The translations under genes were made by a program, and so were the position numbers. Under the pieces are notes generated by a model. It was not told the origin of the DNA, made no database searches, and saw only the letters and a program-made list of their open reading frames with translations. A DNA stretch of 64,000 nucleotides from an uncultured delta proteobacterium (lineage in GTDB: Bacteria; Myxococcota_A; Polyangia; Fen-1088), in assembly GCA_963767925.1 (NCBI GenBank), contig CAVYGB010000006.1, positions 192,001-256,000 of the forward strand. The letters run 5' to 3'. Below are positions 56,977 through 64,000 of this stretch, piece by piece (position 1 is the stretch's first letter; every line of letters begins with the position of its first letter).

Positions 56977-59262
56977 TCACTCCCCGGGGATCGCGCGAGA
57001 ATCGAAGCGAAAGGTCTGCCGGACCAGTCCGCAGTCGGTGGGCAGCTCCGGCGTTGGAATCAAATGGGCAGGCCGGGCAGGCAACCACGCCTCGAGCGCG
57101 CCGTGCCGGGTGTCGACGACGACCAGCTCGATGGTCCCGGGCCTGGCGAGCGTCAGCGAGATGGGCACGCCGCTGGCGGGTGGGTTGTAATAGACGAGGG
57201 CGAACTTCGAGGCCAGGGGCCCGGGCGCGGGGCGGGCAGCGGGCTCGAGGGGGCGGCCGGCAACCGACACCCCTTCGAGCGCCGCGCTGCTGTGCACGTC
57301 AAGCCTGACGGTGGAGCTGCCTCGCGCCGGCACGAGCCGCAGCTCGACCTCGCGGTTCTTGTCGGAGATCCGTTCGATCCGGGACCCGGGCCAGGCCGGC
57401 AGAGCCGTCCCCGCCGACCAGACCGGGGTGTCACGCCCGCCGAAGAAGGGAGCCAGGTTCCCGCGCTGAGGGTTCTTCAGGAGGCTGGCCGTCCACTCGT
57501 CGGTCCTGGGATCTGTGCTCGCCCAGATCGCGGCGCCCCGATCGTTGTCCACCGCCAGCACCAGATGGTTGGTCGCGGGGTTTTCCCGGTCGATGCGCGC
57601 GGAACGAGCGGCCAGCAGGTAGCTCCCCAGGCTGGCCAGCAGCAAGCCCCCGGTCAGGATCCAGCGGGCCCGGCGCATCAACTCGATGGCCAGCGCCACC
57701 AGCGGCACCATCAGCAGCGCGCTCAGGGCGAGGATCGCCAGGCCGGCCCGGAGACCCAGGCCCATCGCGAGCAGGACGACCACCTGGGCGGTGAGAAATA
57801 CCGCCGGCGTCCAGACCAGGACGCGGAGGCCCACGTTCAGAGGCGCGGTACGCGACCGCCGGCTCACTGCCAGCGCCAGACAGGCCGTCAGGGCCGGGAG
57901 GGCGAAGAGGTAGCTTGCCCCGGGCAGGGCCAGCGCCAGCGCCCCAGCCATCGAGGCGAGCAGCGTGAGGTAGGCGAGCAGGAGCTCCCGGCGGATCGCC
58001 CGCTCGGGCCACCAGGACAGACAGCCAAGGAGGACGCCGGCCACCGCCAGAAGAGAGGCCAGCAGAAAACCGTCGCGCTGCTCCCAGCGCACCAGCGAGG
58101 GACCGAGCCACGCGCTCCACAGCGACTGGACGCCGGTGGCGGCGGCCGCCGCCAGTCCCACTGCCCCGATCACCAGCGCCGCCGAGCGGGCGACCTCTCG
58201 GAGCGACAGATCCCGCCGCCCGCGGAGCGCCAGGGACCAGCCCAGGCCGAGCGCGAGCAGGGCGAGCGGCAGGGCCCAGGTGGTGCGATAGTGCAAGAAA
58301 CCTAGGGGCAGACTGGCGTAGACCGCGTCGGCAGAGCCCTTCAGGGGCCCAAGGGGGGTGGCCCGCAGCTGCACGGTGAGGCGATGAGCCGCCCGCGCCT
58401 GCGCGAGCAGGCTGTTCGGATCGATGGCCTCGACGGAGTCACGGACCGTGTGATAACTGGCCGAACGATCGAAGAAGGCCAGGTTGTACCCGGGCCAGCC
58501 CGCCTCCCGAAATACGGTGAAGTCCGTGTCGTTTCCCGAGCGACGGTAAGCAGCCGGGACGAGCGAGCTGGCCCAGACCGGCGCCTCCGACGCTCGCAGC
58601 ACGTCCAACAGGCTCGCCGCCGCCCCGCTGGTCTCGATCAAGACCGGCGGTCCTCCGCTGCCCCGAGCCTCGAGGTTGATGACGACGCCGATCTCGGCGG
58701 CCAGGGGATCGGCGGAGGCGAACGCCCGCGCACCCAGCAGCCCCCGCTCCTCCCCATCGCTGAACAGCAAGACCACCGGATTTGGCTGGGCTGGGCCCGC
58801 CCGGAGCAAGCGGGCCAGCTCCAGCATGGCAGCCACACCGGCGCCGTCGTCAGCCGCGCCGCGCGAGATGGGGGTCGTGTCGTAGTGGCTGGCCACCAGA
58901 ATGGCCCGGGCCCGGGGGTCGGTGCCCGGAATCCGCGCCAGCACGTTCTGCACGTCGGCGACCCGGACCTGAGCTGGCATCTCCTGGAACATTGTCGCCT
59001 TCTGGATCCGGGGTTCCAGACCGTGGCCTCGCAAGGTGGTGACGATGTAGTCCCGGGTCCGGGCGTGATGGGGCGTCCCTGGCGGGCGCGGCGCCCGGGC
59101 GATGGTCTGGAGGTGTCGCCCCAGCCTCTCCAGGGTAGGCTCGGGCCCCCCCAGCCCACGCCTTCCCACGGTTGGCCGGAGCTGCGCCACGGCGGCCCAG
59201 ACCGCCGCCGCGAGCACCAGAGAGGCCGCGGTCCCCGTCAACTTGACCGACACGGGGATCAC
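56977..59262 (-). CDS. M28-family metallopeptidase with a multi-pass membrane domain
   Basis: ASHYDT, GAADDGAG, DGEERGL, NLEARG, DTDF, YHT..D; about 8 TMs; GTG start overlaps the upstream stop. Confidence 0.9.
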   Translation of the reverse strand: MIPVSVKLTGTAASLVLAAAVWAAVAQLRPTVGRRGLGGPEPTLERLGRHLQTIARAPRPPGTPHHARTRDYIVTTLRGHGLEPRIQKATMFQEMPAQVRVADVQNVLARIPGTDPRARAILVASHYDTTPISRGAADDGAGVAAMLELARLLRAGPAQPNPVVLLFSDGEERGLLGARAFASADPLAAEIGVVINLEARGSGGPPVLIETSGAAASLLDVLRASEAPVWASSLVPAAYRRSGNDTDFTVFREAGWPGYNLAFFDRSASYHTVRDSVEAIDPNSLLAQARAAHRLTVQLRATPLGPLKGSADAVYASLPLGFLHYRTTWALPLALLALGLGWSLALRGRRDLSLREVARSAALVIGAVGLAAAAATGVQSLWSAWLGPSLVRWEQRDGFLLASLLAVAGVLLGCLSWWPERAIRRELLLAYLTLLASMAGALALALPGASYLFALPALTACLALAVSRRSRTAPLNVGLRVLVWTPAVFLTAQVVVLLAMGLGLRAGLAILALSALLMVPLVALAIELMRRARWILTGGLLLASLGSYLLAARSARIDRENPATNHLVLAVDNDRGAAIWASTDPRTDEWTASLLKNPQRGNLAPFFGGRDTPVWSAGTALPAWPGSRIERISDKNREVELRLVPARGSSTVRLDVHSSAALEGVSVAGRPLEPAARPAPGPLASKFALVYYNPPASGVPISLTLARPGTIELVVVDTRHGALEAWLPARPAHLIPTPELPTDCGLVRQTFRFDSRAIPGE

Positions 59263-61667
59263 GCGGCGCGGACGGCCCGGGCAGGCTCTATCGAGGTGGC
59301 CCGCGCTGCCGGGATGAGGCTCGCGACAACGCTCACGCAGATGAGCAGGACAGCCACCACGACGGCTAGCGTCCAGCTCTCGTTCAGGACGTTTCCGAGA
59401 AAGCCAGCGAGGACCCGGCGGGCGGCTACCAGGACCGCGACCCCCGCGAGCACACCCATCCCGGAGACAAGCAGCGCCTCTCTCATCACGAGCGCGAAGA
59501 TGCGAGGCCGGGAGGCCCCGAGTGTGAGCCGAATGCCAAAGTCCTTGGTTCGCTGGACCACGAGGTAACTGATGAGGCCATAAAGACCCACGGCGGCCAT
59601 GACCAAGGCCAGCAGGCAAAACGCCATGAGCATCCCGGTCGTCAGGCTCCGACCCGCGAACTGGAGCTCCGAGAACGTCTCGTAAGTCATGACGTTGCTG
59701 ACCGGCTGCTCGGCGTCGACCTGCCACACCCGGGAGGGGAGGCTGGCGAGCAGGGAGGCGGGATCCCCGGAGGTCTTGATCATGAAGGTCATCGCCAGCC
59801 GGGGACTTTGCGGATGAGGCAGGTAGATCGCCGGTCCGAAGACCGCGGACCGGTCCATGAGAACATCTCCCACCACCCCCACGATCCGGCGAGGCGCATC
59901 GAAGATGAAGATCTGCTTGCCCAGAACGTTCCCGTCGGGAAAGTAGCGTCGAGCGAGGGCCTGGCTGACCACCGCCACGAGGTCAGCGGTGATGCTGTCT
60001 TGCGACTGGAAGGTCCGGCCCTGCAGGATCGGGATCGCCAGCAGCTCGAAGTAGCCCAGGCTCACCGCTCGCCAGCTGGCGAGCGGCGCCTCCCCACCGA
60101 CCGCGGCCCGCTGCTCGGGCAAGGTGAAGCGCACGCGGGGATCCGACTGGCTCCTGGGGAGCTGGGTGGTGTAGGCCGCGCCCGAGACGCCCGGCAACTC
60201 GGCCACCTTGCTCCGGATCCGGTCGAACGTGGGCGTGACCGTCTGGGTCGCCGTGAACTGTTCCTTGGCGAACTTCGCCGTGGGCAGCGAAACCCGCATG
60301 GTGACCAGGCCCTCGGCGTCGAAGCCGCCCTGCTGGTTGCGGAGCTTCAGGAAGCCGACGATCATGTCACCTCCCACGACGAGCAGGGAGAGGGCGAGCA
60401 TCACCTCTCCCGCGACAAGCAGGCGGGCGGCGTGACGATACGTTCGACTCTGGCTGCCCGAACGCCCGCTCTCCTGGAGCATCGGACGCAGATTGATCGC
60501 CGACACCTGCAGGGCGGGGGCCATCCCGAAGGCGATTCCCGACAGCATCGAGACGCCAATCGTGAAGGCAAGCACGCTGCCGTCCAGCCGCAACGGGTTC
60601 CAGTATTGACCGGACCAGGCCGTGGCAGCCAGCACCTCGACAGCGAAGGAGCACAACCCGAGCGCCACCGCTCCCCCGATGAGGGCGAGGATGACACTCT
60701 CCACCAGGGACTGACGCATGAGCGCCCAGCGCGATGCCCCCAGCGCGGAGCGGGTCGCCATCTCGAACGCCCGACCTTTGCCCTTGGCGAGCTGAAGATT
60801 GGCCACGTTCGCGCAGGCGATGAGCAAGACCATGATCACCGCCCCCATCAAGATGGCAGTTAGGCGGCGGTCGCGCTCGCCCGGGAAGACCTTGTCGATC
60901 GCCTTCACCAGGACCCCGAAGCCTCCGTTCTCGCGAGGAAACGTCGCGGCCAGCCCGCGCCCGACCTGGCTCATGTCTGCCTGGGCCTGCTCCGGGGTCA
61001 CGCCCTGTCGCAGGCGGCCCACGACCGTCAGGTAGTGATCATCGCGTTTGAGCGTTTCACCCTGCCAGGCCAGCGGCGCCCAGATGTCGCTGCGGGAGGA
61101 AAGATACCAGCCTGGTCGCATCACCCCGATGATGGCGTGCGGCACGCCGTCGAGCCGCACCTGCTTGCCGATCACCGAGCGGTCGCCGTCGAACCGGCGT
61201 TGCCACAGGGCGTGGGAGATGATCGCGACCGGGGCGGCCTGAGACCTTGCTTCATCGGGGGCGAAGCTGCGCCCGAGGAGCGGCGGCGTCCCCAAGGTCT
61301 CGAAGAATCCAGCGCTGACGCGCGCTCCCTGCATCTCCTCGGGCCCGCCTTGATCGAGCATCACGAACTGCGTGCTCTGGTAGGCGCCAAGGTGCTCGAA
61401 GGAGCGATTCTGGCTCCGCCAGTCCACGAAGTTGGCCGGGGCCACGTCCCCGAAGTCCTCGGGGCTCTGGAGCCGGTTCTGGTAGAGCAACATCACCCGC
61501 TCCGGCTCGCGCAGCGGGAGTGGCTGAAGGACCAGGGCGTTCATCACGCTGAACACGACCGAGTTCACGCTGATGCCGAGGGCCAGAGAGAGCGCGGCCG
61601 CCGCACTCAGGAACGGCGTCCGCCGCAGCGAGCGGAGGCCTACCACGATGTCATGTTTGAGGCTCAT
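59259..61667 (-). CDS. Duplicated MacB/FtsX ABC permease (ADOP-like)
   Basis: LRSLRRTP..SLALGI.VNS.VFS, VLLIACANVANL, ALGASR, QRTKDFGIRLTLGA, IPAARA. Confidence 0.92.
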   Translation of the reverse strand: MSLKHDIVVGLRSLRRTPFLSAAAALSLALGISVNSVVFSVMNALVLQPLPLREPERVMLLYQNRLQSPEDFGDVAPANFVDWRSQNRSFEHLGAYQSTQFVMLDQGGPEEMQGARVSAGFFETLGTPPLLGRSFAPDEARSQAAPVAIISHALWQRRFDGDRSVIGKQVRLDGVPHAIIGVMRPGWYLSSRSDIWAPLAWQGETLKRDDHYLTVVGRLRQGVTPEQAQADMSQVGRGLAATFPRENGGFGVLVKAIDKVFPGERDRRLTAILMGAVIMVLLIACANVANLQLAKGKGRAFEMATRSALGASRWALMRQSLVESVILALIGGAVALGLCSFAVEVLAATAWSGQYWNPLRLDGSVLAFTIGVSMLSGIAFGMAPALQVSAINLRPMLQESGRSGSQSRTYRHAARLLVAGEVMLALSLLVVGGDMIVGFLKLRNQQGGFDAEGLVTMRVSLPTAKFAKEQFTATQTVTPTFDRIRSKVAELPGVSGAAYTTQLPRSQSDPRVRFTLPEQRAAVGGEAPLASWRAVSLGYFELLAIPILQGRTFQSQDSITADLVAVVSQALARRYFPDGNVLGKQIFIFDAPRRIVGVVGDVLMDRSAVFGPAIYLPHPQSPRLAMTFMIKTSGDPASLLASLPSRVWQVDAEQPVSNVMTYETFSELQFAGRSLTTGMLMAFCLLALVMAAVGLYGLISYLVVQRTKDFGIRLTLGASRPRIFALVMREALLVSGMGVLAGVAVLVAARRVLAGFLGNVLNESWTLAVVVAVLLICVSVVASLIPAARATSIEPARAVRAA

Positions 61668-61674
61668 CGTCCCC

Positions 61675-63642
61675 TCACGATGCCTTGCTGCCGAGAACGT
61701 CGGCCAGCAACGAATCGACCTCCGCTTCGCTCATCTGCTGAACCTTCGCGGGCTGGCTCCCCTCCCCGCCGCCCCTCACCGGCGCGAGATGGGGCTCCTT
61801 GCCGAGGTGTGCGCCCGGGGCCCGGCGTTCCTCGATGTTGCGGGAGAGCTGCTCGACGGTGGGACATTCGAACAGCGTAGCCAGTGGGACGTCCACATCG
61901 AAACGGGCAGCCAGCCGGGAGATGAGCCCCATCGCCAGCAAGGAGTGGCCGCCGAGTTGAAAGAACTCCTCGTTGACCCCGACCTTCTCCAGGCCGAGCA
62001 CCTCGGCGAACAGCCGGGCCACCTCGCCTTCCATCTCGGTCCGGGGCGCGATCGGATCGACGCCCTGGGCTCGAGTCTGTTCCGGTGCCGGCAACGCCTT
62101 GCGATCGATCTTGCCCGTGGATGTCCGGGGTAGTCGGTCGAGCTTGACGAAGGTGGAGGGCACCATGGAATCGGGCAGGACCTCGGCGACCGCCTGACGA
62201 AGCTTCGCGATCGACAGCTCCGGGTCGGACACCACGTACGCACAGAGGTAGCTGTTGCCCAACCGATCAGACCGGCTCACCGCGACCGCCTCTGCCGCCA
62301 GACCGGTGGCCAGGATGGCGCTCTCCACCTCCGCCAGCTCCACCCGGACGCCCCGGATCTTCACCTGTTGATCTTTGCGGCCGAGAAATTCGATGCTGCC
62401 ATCATCCAGCCGTCGTCCCAGATCTCCGGTTCGGTAGACGATGTCCTTGGGATTCCGGGTCATGGGGTTGGCCACGAAGACCTGATCGGTCAGCTGAGGC
62501 TCGTTGTAGTAGCCCAGCGAACGATAGTCGGTGCGGATGTAGATTTCCCCCATCTCCCCCAGCTGCGCGGGCCGTCCAGCCTCGTCCAGGACGAGAGCCT
62601 TGGCTCCGGCCATCGGCCGGCCAACCGGGATGGACCGGCCAGCAGCGTCCTCTGGCTGGACGATATGAAAAAGCTTCACCATGGTGGTCTCGGTGGGCCC
62701 GTAGAGGTTGACCAGACGGATCCGGTCGCCGAAGACCTGCCGCCAGCGCTGCACATCGGCCGGCAAGAGGGGCTCACCGGCCATCAACACATAGCGAAGC
62801 GCCGGAAACAGCTCGGGCTTCAATTCCTCGGCAAGCATGGTTCGGAACAACGAGGGCACGCAATGGACGATCTCGACCCTGGCCTCGTCCAGCCAGCGGA
62901 TGAGTCTCTTGGGATCGAGCACGTCCTCCGGGCTGTCGGGCACGCAAAGCGTGCCTCCCACACATAGGGGCGTGAAGGCATCCCGGAGAAATGCGTCGAA
63001 CACCAGCGACGTGAGCTGGCTGACCCGCGTCCCCGGCTTGACATCGAAGGTCTCGGCCTCCCACCGCACGAAGTGGTCGATGGCCTTCATGCGACCGGCG
63101 ATCGCCTTCGGTCGGCCGGTGGAGCCGGAGGTAAAGTAGATGTAACACATGTCGTCTGGCTCGGAGACCAGCGAGGGCGCTGCGCTCCCGTTCTCGATTC
63201 CGCCCTCCGTGTTGACGGGGGTGAAGGCGGGGAAGCCCTCGCCGGGCTCGTCCTGATCCACCGGAACGACGGGGGCGGAGCCGCCCAGCTTGCTCGCCAG
63301 CAGGGGCAAGACACGCCTCTCTGTCAGGATCGCCGCCGGCGGAACCCGCTCGAGCAGGGCGCGCAGCCTGCCCTCGGGCTGGTGGGGATCGATGGGCACG
63401 AAGATCGCCCCGATCTTGAGGACGCCGAGGATCGAGGGGACGGCGGCGAAACAGGTCTCGGCGGCCACATAGACCTTGGCCTCGGGCTGGATGCCCGACT
63501 GAAGCAAGTAGTTGCCGATGTTGTTGGACCAGGCGTCCAGCTCGGCGTAGCGGATCTGGCGCCCGGCGCTGACCAGCGCCGGAGCGGTCGGCCGCTCCGC
63601 GGCCACTTGTTCAAACATTTCGTGCACGAATGGCTGCCGCAT
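61675..63642 (-). CDS. NRPS adenylation-peptidyl carrier (A-PCP) protein
   Basis: YAELD, YFTSGSTGRPK, FDA, NLYGPTE, YRTGDL, GRKDQQVKIRG, TGKIDR, FFQLGGHSLL. Confidence 0.95.
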   Translation of the reverse strand: MRQPFVHEMFEQVAAERPTAPALVSAGRQIRYAELDAWSNNIGNYLLQSGIQPEAKVYVAAETCFAAVPSILGVLKIGAIFVPIDPHQPEGRLRALLERVPPAAILTERRVLPLLASKLGGSAPVVPVDQDEPGEGFPAFTPVNTEGGIENGSAAPSLVSEPDDMCYIYFTSGSTGRPKAIAGRMKAIDHFVRWEAETFDVKPGTRVSQLTSLVFDAFLRDAFTPLCVGGTLCVPDSPEDVLDPKRLIRWLDEARVEIVHCVPSLFRTMLAEELKPELFPALRYVLMAGEPLLPADVQRWRQVFGDRIRLVNLYGPTETTMVKLFHIVQPEDAAGRSIPVGRPMAGAKALVLDEAGRPAQLGEMGEIYIRTDYRSLGYYNEPQLTDQVFVANPMTRNPKDIVYRTGDLGRRLDDGSIEFLGRKDQQVKIRGVRVELAEVESAILATGLAAEAVAVSRSDRLGNSYLCAYVVSDPELSIAKLRQAVAEVLPDSMVPSTFVKLDRLPRTSTGKIDRKALPAPEQTRAQGVDPIAPRTEMEGEVARLFAEVLGLEKVGVNEEFFQLGGHSLLAMGLISRLAARFDVDVPLATLFECPTVEQLSRNIEERRAPGAHLGKEPHLAPVRGGGEGSQPAKVQQMSEAEVDSLLADVLGSKAS

Positions 63643-63653
63643 GTGTGTTCTCC

Positions 63654-64000
63654 CTATTCCGCTGCCGGCTGCTGGTACGTCTTGACCACATCTATCCGCT
63701 CGACCAGCGTCGAGAGCGGCACATCCGGGTGATCGGCGGCCAGCCTCACGACCCGCTGATAGTCCTCGAGCAGCTCGAGCGCTGTCGCTCGGCTGTAGAG
63801 ATCGGTGTTGTATTCCAGCATCAAGAGCAGCTGCTCTGGCGATTCACTGACGAACAGGGTCAGATCGTACTTCGCCCGCCGGACCGACATGTTCATCGGA
63901 GAGAAGGTGACCCCGTCGAACTCCAGCTTCATCGGCACGTTCAGCAGGTCGAATACCACCTGAAACACCGGGGTACGGCTGGAGTCCCGCGGGGGCCGCA
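63654..64000 (-). CDS. C-terminal part of an NRPS condensation domain (gene continues beyond the window)
   Basis: RDSSRTPVFQVVF, AKYDLTL, LEYNTDLY...T, HPDVPLSTL. Confidence 0.88.
   Translation of the reverse strand, partial: RPPRDSSRTPVFQVVFDLLNVPMKLEFDGVTFSPMNMSVRRAKYDLTLFVSESPEQLLLMLEYNTDLYSRATALELLEDYQRVVRLAADHPDVPLSTLVERIDVVKTYQQPAAE

Noticed and set aside
1..64000. Numerous long overlapping alternative-frame and antisense ORFs (e.g. 4996-7326, 13309-15699, 21536-24022, 38380-40794)
   Set aside because: Low-complexity Arg/Pro/Gly/Ala translations without motifs, overlapping well-supported genes; expected from stop-codon scarcity at high GC

Overview
Very GC-rich bacterial DNA. The gene content (Cys-rich repeat lipoproteins, a DUF1552/DUF1592 pair, a vWA lipoprotein, many signalling proteins) suggests a myxobacterium (Myxococcota); this is inference, as no marker gene is present. 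About 47 real CDSs can be separated from the many GC-driven shadow ORFs. Main content in order: (1) a BlaI-family repressor plus a BlaR1-type M56 peptidase whose sensor domain is replaced by an MltD-like lytic transglycosylase, transcribed divergently from a trypsin-like lipoprotein across an AT-rich palindrome; (2) a DsbA/DsbB pair, Cys-rich repeat lipoproteins, a P450, DUF1552/DUF1592, a hybrid kinase, a cardiolipin synthase-like PLD, a Ser-less lysophospholipase homologue, a UshA-like tetraheme protein, and a ligD with no canonical start codon ahead of its catalytic Lys; (3) a diheme cytochrome c / PQQ-type dehydrogenase / diheme cytochrome c trio; (4) a membrane-bound CheA-like kinase without a CheW domain, facing cheY-like, cheX-like and diguanylate cyclase genes; (5) a LolCDE/LolA-like ABC operon with an outer-membrane protein; (6) an intact IS5-family element just upstream of a LuxR-type HTH gene and a stand-alone condensation domain; (7) the end of an NRPS operon (C, A-PCP, duplicated ABC permease, M28 peptidase, Na+/solute symporter) that continues off the right edge. 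No rRNA, tRNA or CRISPR array was seen. All family calls come from motif recognition by eye, not database searches.
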